A DNA stretch of 62,768 nucleotides, the filler included, from Globobulimina sp. (Eukaryota): NCBI GenBank assembly GCA_003354225.1. It is 22 parts of 22 records of this genome, joined end to end, with 100 filler letters (N's around TTAATTAATTAA, not from the genome) between each part and the next. Parts side by side here need not be neighbours in the genome. Positions count along the whole stretch, not along the records: positions 45,733 to 48,489 come from PIVH01005033.1; positions 48,590 to 51,345 come from PIVH01005034.1; positions 51,446 to 54,201 come from PIVH01005035.1; positions 54,302 to 57,057 come from PIVH01005036.1; positions 57,158 to 59,913 come from PIVH01005037.1; 17 more parts are not named here. One strand, written 5' to 3'. The notes under the pieces were generated by a model. It was given only the letters and a program-made list of their open reading frames with translations. It had not been told where the DNA came from and ran no database searches. How positions within the stretch are numbered: the first letter of the stretch is position 1; each line of letters opens with the position of its first letter. Of this stretch, positions 47,135 through 59,546 are shown piece by piece. The translations under genes and the position numbers were made by a program.

Positions 47135-48489
47135 ATGCGCGTTTCAGGCCGTTACCGCTCAAAAACTCCGCCACCTCAATCTTCCATTAAATACAAGGAA
47201 TATAGAACGAAGAAACGCGTTTTCCCCAAATCTATATTCAACAAAACTGATTTAAAAATATTACCAACCATTGTACGCATAATCGGCCATAAAGGGCGAA
47301 ATTTTACATTGGATAATCCATCGATTGACGTTTGGTCAAAAAACTTGAAGCGCTCAAAAACCGCTTTCAAGAAAAGACTGACTTCGCATTTTAACATTTT
47401 ATACAAAGAAGAAAAGCGAAGCTCGGAGTTAGAACTTCAAAATGCATACGATTTCCTGGACAGAAATATTAAGCAACATATTAATAATAAGAAATACAAA
47501 TCTTTTTTCGATAAAAACTATTATGTTTCAAGGCAAAATACAACGAAAGCTGTTCGTGGAATTTTGCAAGAAATTAAAAAGAATAAGTATACGATAATCG
47601 AATCAGATAAAAAGATGGGAAGCGTATACATTGATGTTTGTGTATTGGATGCCGAAGTTTGTAAGTTTTTAAATGGAAATCAATTCGAAACAGTCTATGC
47701 CTCCGACATTTCGGTGGCCCTCAAAGTCGCAAATTTGGTACGAAATATCACATACAAACACATCAATTATTTCCGCAATACGTGGCAAAATATGCCGATA
47801 TTTAGAGATTGGCAAAAAATCGACAGTGAAGCTAAGATTTTGCCGCTCCCGAAAGTCAGACCGATGATGAAATTGCACAAAGTTGGCTGGCGATTTATAT
47901 TCAATCCCGGCAACTTTTATACATTATTTGTCTCAGTGTATACCGGAAACATTTTAGATGAAATGTTGATGCTTTATACAGTGAAAAATCAGCAATTCAT
48001 TGTATTAAACAATTCATTTGAGATTATTAGCAAATATAAAATCATTAACAATGCAAATCAACCATTTATAAATACAGATAGATATAGTTTCGATTCAGAC
48101 GTAGTGTCATTGTACGACTCTATGATTTTGGATCAATGCATTGAGATTTTGCAATATATCCAAGATGATCTATGTTATAATCATTACAAATATCATTTTT
48201 TAATTGATTCCCTGCATTTTTTCCGTGATAACACGTATATAAAATATAAAGAATGGACGCGTCGAATGATAATTGGCATTGGAACAGGTACATCGCATTC
48301 CGGTCCATTAGCAAATTTAGTATTATATGGCTACGAAATTAAAAATCTGAACATCTTTTTACATTCAATTCAAATCAACATTAAATGCGATATTCCATTA
48401 AGGAAACGGTACATTGACGATCTTAAAACGATTATCGATGTCAATAATGACCATTTTAATGATGAAATTGAAAAATTAGGATATTTAGA
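47135..48489 (+). mobile_element. Penelope-like reverse transcriptase, 3'-partial
   Basis: IIESDKKMG, P......KLHK...RFI, SDVVSLY, GIGTGT..SGPLANL, KRYIDDL: the PLE-type RT motif series. Confidence 0.88.
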
Positions 48490-48736
48490 NNNNNNNNNNN
48501 NNNNNNNNNNNNNNNNNNNNNNNNNNNNNNNNNTTAATTAATTAANNNNNNNNNNNNNNNNNNNNNNNNNNNNNNNNNNNNNNNNNNNNTGGTACAATTT
48601 CACCCCAAATCAGCTTGTGTTTGCAAGCTGTTGTACCGAATCAATTGATAAAATAAAGGAAGCAAAATCCTAATTTAAAACTATCGTTTCTCAGTCAATA
48701 AAACAAAGCATAACAAATCACGCATTATTAGAGGTT

Positions 48737-49168
48737 ATGTCTAAACCATCCATTTCCTATCAAAACCATACCATCACAGAACCAATAATGGAAATTATAA
48801 CTTATATCATAGTTACATTTCAATCCAATAATAAATCAGATTCATTACAGTCTGCTTTGTATCAATTATGGATAAACTCAGCCAAAACAAATATAATTCA
48901 ACAAATTACGACTATTGCAAGAATTTATACAAACAAACAGCATATTGTTATACAATGGGAGCATCCGGAATTTATGCATCCAATTCAAAAAACATTAAAA
49001 ACTCATAACAAAACTATCAACTCTACAATCGATGCATATACAATCAATGATGAAATCCGAATGGAATCTTCAACTCAATATTTTACCATCAACTCACCAG
49101 TTATGCTTGCCAGTATATTTAGCATTGCTGCCTTAATAATGAGCATTTTCTTCTTGATTCCAAAATAA
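48737..49168 (+). CDS. Small C-terminally anchored membrane protein
   Basis: Ends ASIFSIAALIMSIFFLIPK*, similar to the tail of the next gene. Confidence 0.55.
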   Translation: MSKPSISYQNHTITEPIMEIITYIIVTFQSNNKSDSLQSALYQLWINSAKTNIIQQITTIARIYTNKQHIVIQWEHPEFMHPIQKTLKTHNKTINSTIDAYTINDEIRMESSTQYFTINSPVMLASIFSIAALIMSIFFLIPK

Positions 49169-49224
49169 ATGGTGACGTTGATTGGATGTCATAATTGCTA
49201 TGAACACTAATACATCGATTTAAA

Positions 49225-51198
49225 ATGTTTTCTATTAAAAAGATTGTCATTAGTTTTCTGATTGGTTGCATTGTTTGTATATTCATTGTATTTTACGTAT
49301 CAAATCCGGATTTTCAAAATGAATACGAATTTCTCAACGACCAAACAAATCGCCATATTTTGTCTGATGATCAACAATTTAATACGGATAACCAGCACAA
49401 TCCAAACCATATCGCACAAGTAACAGTCAGTGCAGATAAATCCGAGGAATCTGCAAAACCAACAAAAACCAGTGATGTCACTGCCACACAGCGTTGGTTT
49501 CCATTTGAAGACAATCAAATTGTATTTTTAATTTGCTGTCCTCGCGATACCGAAATAATTGAAACATTATCCAAAGAGTTTATCGATTTACTTGAAAATA
49601 CAGCAATTCAGTCATTACAAAAAGCCACAACAAATACACCATTGACACCCAACACAAATAAGTATGATCCAAAACATACAAAATATACAGCGTTATCCAC
49701 AAGATTTTCTACAGATGATATTGATGTAAAATTTCAACACAAAAATCTCAATGTTGGGATACCATCGTTTATGATGATTTTTACGCTGAATGGAGACAAA
49801 GTATTTATAAACAATTTTATAAGACAACTAGATTTACAGTCAACTCGATTGGAAATTGGAATTACAACAACTATTGAATCAAAACTATACAATACCAATA
49901 TTAATAAAAAGGGATCTTTAAGAGTCAGATGGATATGGCCACTCATTAAGAAACCAAAGTTTTCAGTGGATCAACAATATTTAAATAGTTTAATGAAACA
50001 AGCAAATCATATAACAAATATGCAATCAAATATGGACAATGGATTGAATAAAAATGAATTATTATTAAAACGAGAGGAAAGAAAGAAAGAGAGGTTACAA
50101 GCGGCCAAAGAATCTCTTGAAACTGTTTTACAATTTGCGAAATCTGAAACTGTGCCATATTTACGCGTATCACAGAAAAAAATTCAGCGCTCAATCAATC
50201 ATTTAAGATCTAAAGCCATTTCTCTTCAACGTAAACTTGACGGAATCCAACATCAACAGAGCTCCATTGACTCAATGATTGGTAACACCAAACATCAAAT
50301 GGATATTTATCAGAATACATTTCGTTTAAATGAAGACGTTGTGGGACAATTAAATCATAAGTTATTAGCATTACATAAACAAAGAATAACTGCTCGTAAT
50401 GATCTACAGCGAATGGTGGAGAGCTATGAGGTGACAGCACGGGTTGTCACAATGTATCAACTTTATTTAAGAGAAAAACAAAAACACGAGATTTTTAAAG
50501 ATAAGCTACAGAATGCGACAGCAAAACGATTTGCAACAATTGATAATGATAATACAAGCTGGATATGTAATAATTATATGTCTGAGTTTATGTGCAATGA
50601 GCGGGCGATATTATGCCAAAGTGATGAGGATATATTTAAATATGACGATGCGTCAATTATTGTTGATATACATTTCAGAAATCCAACTGTATTCAAACAT
50701 AATTATGAGATTCTGGTGTTATCAAATAAAGAATGTGAGAATGAGTATATTGATAATAATGTACAGATTAACCCGCCCATTGTGCATAAATGTAATTTTA
50801 ATGATAAAGATTGTATATTACAGTCAAAAAGTGCATATAATACGTTTGGTGAAACGGAGGAATTAAAAGATCTTTGTATATTTATTAGATGTAATGCAAC
50901 GGATACATTTGATATTGAAGCTATTGTTACTGTCGACGTCAAAACTGGTCGAAAAAACACAAAGCAGAAAGCATCTGTATTAAAGGGACAACATTCAGAT
51001 ATTACAATTCATCAAACTATTACAAAAGATCATAAAACTACTGATTCTGCGCAAATGACCGAGCGTCAAGCAACAAAAGAAGAAGAAGAACAAAGCGGAG
51101 CATCGTCAACATCCCAAACTATGATAGCAATTATTGCAGGAATTGTGTGTACAATCGGTGCAATGATAATGAGTATTTTTTTTATCCCAAAATTGTAA
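49225..51198 (+). CDS. Hypothetical protein with N- and C-terminal TM segments, long coiled coil and a Cys-containing domain
   Basis: 657-codon ORF with hydrophobic ends and a heptad-rich centre. Confidence 0.8.
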   Translation: MFSIKKIVISFLIGCIVCIFIVFYVSNPDFQNEYEFLNDQTNRHILSDDQQFNTDNQHNPNHIAQVTVSADKSEESAKPTKTSDVTATQRWFPFEDNQIVFLICCPRDTEIIETLSKEFIDLLENTAIQSLQKATTNTPLTPNTNKYDPKHTKYTALSTRFSTDDIDVKFQHKNLNVGIPSFMMIFTLNGDKVFINNFIRQLDLQSTRLEIGITTTIESKLYNTNINKKGSLRVRWIWPLIKKPKFSVDQQYLNSLMKQANHITNMQSNMDNGLNKNELLLKREERKKERLQAAKESLETVLQFAKSETVPYLRVSQKKIQRSINHLRSKAISLQRKLDGIQHQQSSIDSMIGNTKHQMDIYQNTFRLNEDVVGQLNHKLLALHKQRITARNDLQRMVESYEVTARVVTMYQLYLREKQKHEIFKDKLQNATAKRFATIDNDNTSWICNNYMSEFMCNERAILCQSDEDIFKYDDASIIVDIHFRNPTVFKHNYEILVLSNKECENEYIDNNVQINPPIVHKCNFNDKDCILQSKSAYNTFGETEELKDLCIFIRCNATDTFDIEAIVTVDVKTGRKNTKQKASVLKGQHSDITIHQTITKDHKTTDSAQMTERQATKEEEEQSGASSTSQTMIAIIAGIVCTIGAMIMSIFFIPKL

Positions 51199-51490
51199 AA
51201 ATTATTTAAATTAAATAAATATATTAAAATCACATAACTCGATAAATATAAATTTAAATTATTTAAATTAAACGGCATAACTCGAAAAAGTATTTCTTTA
51301 TTTAGGTTGCCAAATTTGCTCAAGAAAAAAAAGCTGAGTTGCATGNNNNNNNNNNNNNNNNNNNNNNNNNNNNNNNNNNNNNNNNNNNNTTAATTAATTA
51401 ANNNNNNNNNNNNNNNNNNNNNNNNNNNNNNNNNNNNNNNNNNNNATAATAAAATTATATTCGAAAAAAGAAGACATTTTCCAACAGAAA

Positions 51491-51853
51491 TTGAAAAAAC
51501 ATTTTGGTTTTAATGGAGAATGTATGATAATAAAACTTAAGAGTTTCTATGGTAAATATGAGATTGTGCTCGATGAGGATACACATAATCAAACTAATTT
51601 TGATGATTTTGATGGTTTATTAAAGATATTGATGACAGAGAAAGGATTAAATTACCATAAAATGAGTGATAAACGTAAATTTGTAGCTAATTCATTAAAT
51701 AATGGAGCTGGGGAATTCGCGATCGAACAAATGGTAAATAATAATGAATCGGAAGGTGTCGCGATCGAATTACAATTAATAAAACATGATGATGTAATTA
51801 ATAAAACGGACGAGTCAGAGTCTCAATCATCAGATTTGGCGTTTCATGTTTAA
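51491..51853 (+). CDS. C-terminal fragment of a hypothetical protein
   Basis: Protein-like ORF near the contig start, followed by a UTR-like T-rich tract. Confidence 0.45.
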   Translation: MKKHFGFNGECMIIKLKSFYGKYEIVLDEDTHNQTNFDDFDGLLKILMTEKGLNYHKMSDKRKFVANSLNNGAGEFAIEQMVNNNESEGVAIELQLIKHDDVINKTDESESQSSDLAFHV

Positions 51854-52371
51854 AATATTAATAATTATTTATTATAAACTACTGTCTGTATATGTATCGA
51901 GTTTGATGTGTTTGTTTTTTGTTTTTTGTTGTTAATGCACGTTATTTTTTATTTTGTGTTAACGTTTGTTTTTATGGCAGTCAATGCATTGTTAAATGCA
52001 CGCCATTCCTTAAAATATGTTTGAATGAAAATGAGAATTCGAAATATTGATTTATGTAAACAAAACATCTATGTGTTAAACCATGGATTTGTACATTTTG
52101 TTAACATGTACAAAGCTGATCCGCTGCTCGTTGACGATTTTGACCAAAGTTATTGGCGCAAACAACAATTTTCAGACACATTGGTTCATAAAAATGACGT
52201 AATTTGATTTCAAACAAAAAACACAAACAACAAATAACTTGGATATGTATATGTATCCTTGCACTGTTACAATATATTAAATGCAAACTACAAATGATGC
52301 AGTAAAAAAATTGACGTACATTGAATTTAAACAACTAACACAAATACACAAAATTACTTATAATTGTTTGA

Positions 52372-54042
52372 TCATCGATGAATGGCATATTTGAACACAC
52401 CATACACCCCAACACTAATAATACCCAATAAAAGCAATGTAAATATCCACCAACGCATTTCATACAAAATAGCAATAAGTAAAGTAATAAATTTCCAACA
52501 TAAATAAACTAATATTAATAGAATAAATATTAAATAAATAGCTGTAGTAATCATTAAACCAAATATAACATTTTTATCGCTAAGAAATACATAAAAACAA
52601 CCACTAAAAATAATTACCCATATTGGCAATCCCCATATTGTCCAAAATAAGAAATCAAACACAGAAACTTTCCGACAACATTGACAAATACAATATGTAC
52701 ATTGACAGCATTGATATCGTATTAATGTAAATGTAATATATAAATAAATAAATGTACCGCACATAAATGGTAATAATATTATAATATTTTTAAAATATAT
52801 CATATTATGATCAACACCAAAAAAAATTAACAAACACATCATTATAAAATTGATATAAATCGTTGATATAATATTTAATGAATGGATTATTGTTAATAAT
52901 ATCATTGTATATATTTTTATATTAATCAATAATATAATGATTAACCACGGTGCAAATATCCAAATAACACTAAAAAAAAATATTATAAATTCAATCAAAT
53001 ATGTAATATATACAAAAAAAAATAATGGCACTTACCTGAAAAATATAATATATTTTTGTCCAAATAACATCAGAATAGAACCAAAACAAGAAATTACAAT
53101 GAAAGTTGGTATAATAATTAATAACTGACCTAAAAATTGATAAAATTTATTTTTTTGTTCATTTATCCATTTTTTGATTTTGGATACTTTTTCATTTAAA
53201 AATTTTTTCTTTTGTTGATCGAATTTTTTATTCCATAATTTTTGTAAACGCGATAAATATGTGAATGGGATCAAAATGCCTGTTTTGACTGTCATAGTTA
53301 AGGAAAATATTAACATCCAAAAAGTCTGCAATTCGGTTACTTTAAAATAAAAATCATTTTGCCAATTATTCCAATCATAATCTGAATATTTATGATAATC
53401 TACGATATATATTGATGGGTATTTTACTGTTACAATATAAGGCATAGTATACCAAAATTTGTATAATACAGCAATTAGACATATGTGATATTTTAATAAA
53501 TCATAAAAAAATGTATAATGATTTAATAAATATTTTTTACGACAAATAACATTATTTATTATATCAAATATGAAAAATAATAGTTTAGTAATAAAGAAAA
53601 CTAATTGTATATAAAATATGTTTGTTTGTTTCGAGTAATTTGTGTAAAATGTAAAATAATATATAAATACAAATGAATTCATCGTATCTGAGATAGCTGA
53701 AAATATATTATATGCGGATTTAAGGTACATATCTTTGATATTTATTTGTTTGATTGTTTCATCCATCATATGTTGATTGACATCGATGTTATGATCTAGA
53801 TCTCGATCAGAATTGCCATCATTATAACTGTCTTTCAGTGGAATGTACGCGTGTTTGGGCGCTTTACTATCACAGCAACATTTCTTACACCATTTGGAAT
53901 ATACAAATACTGATAAACACCATATGGAGTACAATATCAATAATGAAATATAACCAATATACTTCTCAATCAATGAAGGTTGGCCGTTATTATCAGTTAG
54001 AACTTTGTGATAAAGGCTTGAAAGGAGAGAACTGAGCGACAT
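52372..54042 (-). CDS. Polytopic membrane protein, two exons
   Basis: Two hydrophobic ORFs joined by a 66-nt intron 52970-53035 (AG|GTAAGT...TTTTTAG). Confidence 0.7.
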
Positions 54043-54971
54043 CCTCACTGCGATTGGAAAATAACAAAGTGTAAAAAAAACAGGAAGGAAAATAGGTTAA
54101 TAATGAAATGTTAATGGTTCCCGATGAAACACAACCTTTAACAATTCAATTTTGACTTTCAATGTTTTTATTTTGAATAATCTGTAAAAAACTGTAAATT
54201 CNNNNNNNNNNNNNNNNNNNNNNNNNNNNNNNNNNNNNNNNNNNNTTAATTAATTAANNNNNNNNNNNNNNNNNNNNNNNNNNNNNNNNNNNNNNNNNNN
54301 NTAAACGCAAAACTAAAACGCATAAAAAACAAAAATAAACTGTTACAGATGTGTTCGATAAGATCATGCAAAAAAAAAAACTTTTCAAACAGCGGGAAAT
54401 TTTCAGTACATATCGGAAAGCCCTAATGCAGTATTATACATATAATATTACAAAAACGGGTATGCAAACGATTCTGCGGCATAATAATTCATGGTCTGAT
54501 ATTTGACTGCCTCTGAACAAAAAGCTCGTCTCAACTCAAGCGAATTTTTGCGATAATTTGAATGATGGAATATTGTGATGTGCGACATTTTGATACTAAC
54601 AAGACTTATACTCTGTGAATTAAAATGCCCAAACAAACAAAATAAAAAAAACACAAAAGGCAACAAAAATAAAAAAAAAAAAAATGAAAACGGGGAAATT
54701 GGGGGATTTTTAAATACAAAAAAAAAAGAAAAGAAAATTATTAATAAAGTTGAATACAAAATAAATAAACATACAAAGACATATTAGGTATTTTAAATGC
54801 CAAAAATAATAAAAATAAAACCGTGTAGCATGAATAAAAAATGTATAGGGTGAAATATGAAATAATAGTATTATAGTTATATAGTATAATATGAATATGA
54901 GAGAAAAAGAAAAAAACAAATTCGTTTTTTAGGCTGTCAATTTAATTTAACATTGCAGAAATATACATTAC

Positions 54972-55875
54972 TTAAATATTATTCGAGAGTCTAAATTTTC
55001 GGACAGCCATTCCATTCAACTTCTCGCCGGTATAAGGATGGGTTGCATCTTTCACTAAATACTGATGCGACCACTTACATTTAGAGCCTTTACGACAACC
55101 CACAAACGTATTGAACTCCCAACACACATTCTGGCGATCAAAGGTAGTGCCATACGAACCATAGCCTCCTTTCGCACTCTCCTCCATTTTATCTGGATTC
55201 TTAGTCGTATTCGTATTCGTATTCTTGTTCGTATTCGTATTCATATTCGTATTCGCATTCGCATTGATATTGATATCCGCATTCGCATTTTGCTCAACAT
55301 TCTTCATTTTAATATTTGTATTATTTACTCTTTTTTCCTCTTTGTTATCCTCTTCATGAACGTCAATTTGTTGATTTATGTTTTTCTTTTCTAAATTTTT
55401 TCTAATTTTCTTCTCCATTAACAATTGAAATTTATTCATCAATTCTTGGGCCTCTTGCGTACCGCGGCCGTCTTCTGCGTCTTTGGTATCCTCTTCATTC
55501 TGCGAAGAATCCTTTGTTTTTGTAGCTGTAGCTGTATTATCTGAGGGGTCCGAGGGGTCCGAGGTATCTTCGTCTTTATCGGATGTAGTATGCGATGGTT
55601 TATACGGTGTTGTCTTATCTAATGAGTTCATAATGTACACAGTCGGTACATATTTACCAGTCTCTCGATCTAAATGTAGCCATTGACATTTCTCACCATA
55701 TCGACATTTGCCCTGATTCTCATAAATCCAACATAATACATCACGGTCTGCAGCAGTCTCATATGTTTTTAATTGCGATTCGGATGGTTTGCCGCGTTTG
55801 GCCCGATTCTCTTTCATTTTATTCAACGAAGGCTCATTTTTAAAGGAGGTGCGTCTGCCGCTGCTGCTGCTGCCC

Positions 55876-55911
<36 letters not shown>

Positions 55912-56660
55912 GCTCCTCCCCCTCTTCCTGCTCCTCCATACGATGGTTTCTGCCCAAAATTACTATTCCTCACTCTTCGATTGTTATTGCTATTGAATCC
56001 TCCAAATCTATTATTAGTATTATTATTATTTTGATTGCTATTTTGACTGCTATTTTGATTGTAATATTGCGAGACTGCCGAAGTAACATTATTTTGTACT
56101 CGTCGATCATAAAAATCTCTCGGTTGACCATAACCGCGTTGTTGCGGTCTGGATTGTTGTGGTTGTGGTTGTGGTTGTTGTTGTTGTTGTTGTTGTTGAT
56201 AACTATTTTGTTGATATTGGTTTTGGTTTTGGTTTTGCGTTTGCGTTTGAGTTTGAGTTTGCATTTGATTATAATTATTCCGATTTGATTGTTGTTGCTG
56301 CTGATATGCGTTACGAAGTCCTTGTTGTTGTTGTAATTGTTGTTGTTGTTGTTGTTGTTGCTGTAAATTTGTATAATTATACGGATATGCGTAATTTTGT
56401 AAGGCTGAGGCCGGGATATTTATATTGGAGGCTTGTTGCTGTAATATATTGGGCTGGGTCGGGACCATTCGAAATTGCGGATTTTGTGCTTGTTGTTGGT
56501 TTATGTTCTGACTTATCGCATTACCTCCTCCTCCTTTTACCTTTTGGGCATACGTCAATTGTGCTTGGGTCATTTGTTGTTGCTGTGCTGGTGTTAATTG
56601 ATTCTTATTTTGCGATCCTTGCACTCGATTTTGCAATGTTGGCCATTGTTGTGATGTCAT
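54972..56660 (-). CDS. RNA-binding protein: Q/N-rich prion-like domain, RGG box and two CCCH zinc fingers
   Basis: Poly-Q/N/Y N-terminus; GGRGGGGRGGRGG; CWIYENQGKCRYGEKCQWLH and CWEFNTFVGCRKGSKCKWSH. Confidence 0.88.
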
Positions 56661-57649
56661 TATATACTTTTATAATTTTGATGACAATTTAAATTTTTTG
56701 TGTGTGTGATTCTATTCAACGTATATATTTTCAACAACAAATTGTAAACAATTTGTATTCCTTTTCACTGATTTACGTGTTTCCGTGGCAGTAAATGAAA
56801 ATGTTTTTTTTTTGATTTGATACAAAAAATCTCAAGTAACTCAACATTGCTTGACTTTCCGTAATCACCTTTTTAGTTTGTTTAAACTTCCCACCTGGTT
56901 CCGATATACATTATTATTTGATGAATCTGATGCTGACAAAGACAATGATTTAGATACAATAATGAAAACATTCCAATTCAATCCTCGAATATTATGATTA
57001 AAATGATGCATAATATTATGGAGTGTATACTGTTGTATACAATGGAGTTTTTGTAAANNNNNNNNNNNNNNNNNNNNNNNNNNNNNNNNNNNNNNNNNNN
57101 NTTAATTAATTAANNNNNNNNNNNNNNNNNNNNNNNNNNNNNNNNNNNNNNNNNNNNAATAATTCTGACAACACTTTGACAGTGCAATTCGAATCAAAAT
57201 CTGAATCTGATGCTGGTTTTATGACAAAAAGAGTGGAGATTGAGATTATTGCATCGCATGGACGGCATAGTGGGGATAGCTATGATGAGGGACCAAACCG
57301 ACCAACAAAGGTTTCATCAGTTTCAAAAACAGCAGAAACTATACAATTATAAATGTGAAACTGTTTACAAATTACTAGAATTCCGATTGCAAACTAGTCA
57401 AAATGCTGATTTAATATACAGATATTTTTTCCCTTTTTACGATTTTTTTGTGTTTATTTGAATTCAAATATTTGTGGTTATTATAATATATACTTTTTAT
57501 ATAATAGGGATTGTTCAAAAAACTATCAATATAACGACGTATATAGGATAGAAACTTGTGACTGACATTAAAAACATCCATTTAATAACTTTTTAGACCC
57601 CCTATACAGTTGTTTTTTTCATGCATGGTTTTAGTTAATTAGTGCAGTA

Positions 57650-58339
57650 ATGGATTCAATGCAGACACCTAAATCTGTTGAATATATGATAATGGGATTT
57701 GTGAGAGAAAATGAGAGCAAATACCATGTGCTGGTCCCTAAGTCTTTGAAATTATTAATGCTGCTCTTTTATCCAACAACAATAAAATATAAAGGAAAGT
57801 TTGTAAGTTGTAATGTTGGGCCTGGCATTCAAATAATAAGTGATTATAAATTCACTGGATACAGAGCCGCTAAACTTGACACTCCATTGCCAGTATCAAT
57901 TAATTCTGATATGGTAACAAACATAAAATATGCATGGAGAGCAAAAGTAACTGCATCCGCAGCGGAGAGAGGATTTTTGAATACATACATTTTTGGTGTT
58001 GTTTCAAATCGTTGTAAGAATTTTGGTGAATATCCATATGAAGGGTTGGAGGACGCATTTGGTATATCATTGCTTGTAAATCAAGTATTTTATAATGGGA
58101 AAAAACAGGATATAAAGTATGCAAATGCTATCAGTTTCGGTGAAATTATTGTTATGGAATATGAAATTCATAATGTTAGCGAACCTAAATTGTATTTTTA
58201 TAAACAAATAGATGAGAAAGATGAAAATAATTTGGTGCCAATATATTCAATGAATTTACCACAAATTGAAGAGATTACAAATTGGTTTCCAGTGTTTTCA
58301 AAACCTGGTTATATGAATTCATACATTATTGTCTTGTGA
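57650..58339 (+). CDS. SPRY/B30.2-like beta-sandwich protein with a short N-terminal helical module
   Basis: Y.W..K, IFGVVSN, GEII.M, L.FYK, WFPVFS pattern. Confidence 0.65.
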   Translation: MDSMQTPKSVEYMIMGFVRENESKYHVLVPKSLKLLMLLFYPTTIKYKGKFVSCNVGPGIQIISDYKFTGYRAAKLDTPLPVSINSDMVTNIKYAWRAKVTASAAERGFLNTYIFGVVSNRCKNFGEYPYEGLEDAFGISLLVNQVFYNGKKQDIKYANAISFGEIIVMEYEIHNVSEPKLYFYKQIDEKDENNLVPIYSMNLPQIEEITNWFPVFSKPGYMNSYIIVL

Positions 58340-58479
58340 ACGAAGATGCAAAATCCTTTGATTTGATTTATTAGAGTTTTTGATGAATTTAAAATTTACC
58401 TCCTTTACTTATACGTGCCACTTGTAGCAACACCCTCCATTTCTTAAATTAAGCCATATCATCAGTTATATCATTCAAC

Positions 58480-59546
58480 ATGATGTCATATGCATTCCTT
58501 ATCGCAGCGTTCGTAACCATCAAAGGTATATTTATTCTGATCCCCAATTCCAAATAATGTGCGTCACATAACCCACATCGCAGGGCAACAAATCGTGGAC
58601 ATACCGGTAACATTTTATTTAGAACAATTGGAAAGTGCCCCAATTGATGCAAAAAATGAATTATATTATTCAGTCAATTTATGCAAACAAGGAGTGCGAG
58701 ATATGAGTCAGGCCATATTACACATATCGACTCCAGGAAATGTTGTATGGAACACCACAGCTGAGCCGTTTGTGATGGTTCAAATATCCATTTGTAAAGA
58801 TTCGTTTACAGCGAGTTGTGTGTTGGCACAAAATTATGTGTGGGGCATTTATGTCAAAGCCCAACCGAACATATCATGGGATTTATCAGGCAATGAAAGT
58901 GCATATTATTTTCGCGTAATGGCTGGTTATGAACCATCTGAGTTTTCGATGGAATTATCGTTCGCAAATAATGTGAATACATTCGCCTATCCGTGGACTA
59001 CGAACTTACCATTCAGCGGTACTGTGATGAGCAAAGCAGCAATCCCTTTGGATCAATATTGGAAATCTTCCATCCAATACCAAGTGCCAAACAATGTATA
59101 CGTTTATTTTGTGTTGGCATATTGCGATCAGGGACATAATATTCAAGGCGTCAATGTGGCACTATCTACTCCCGTGTTGACCGGCTATTCATTGGTGCAG
59201 CAATGGGCATGTCCGCAGACCGTGCGATTGGAGGAGTGCACAGCATCAAATAGTCAAAGTGTTGGTTGGTACAATCCTCACGTTGCTAGTTTTAATATAT
59301 TAACAGTTGAGTGTACGTGGATTGATTGTGTATATGTATCTGAATTGGTACACTTTCAGATGTGAATTGCTTAATAATCTAATAATAAATATATAGTGTA
59401 ATAATCGACAGTCAGCAAGTACGACGGATGGGATTTACATTGTAGTGTCGGGTGGTGGTGCAAATATCGATGAAATGAATACATTTATTTTATATGCATC
59501 AATATATACACCTGCTCCTTCTGCTCCTTCTATACAATTAACATAA
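58480..59546 (+). CDS. Secreted protein with two tandem Cys-containing beta domains
   Basis: Signal-peptide exon MMSYAFLIAAFVTIKG, intron 58526-58583, probable last exon ending ...GIYIVVSGGG...PSIQLT*. The second intron boundary is uncertain. Confidence 0.65.

Noticed and set aside
42876-48489. Two neighbouring reverse transcriptases as one system (retron, DGR or defence)
   Set aside because: They are on separate contigs and are eukaryotic non-LTR and Penelope-like RTs; no template/variable repeat pair or msr-msd is seen.
52970-53035. In-frame TAA between two abutting membrane ORFs as readthrough
   Set aside because: The TAA lies inside a GTAAGT donor of a 66-nt intron with a TTTTTAG acceptor.
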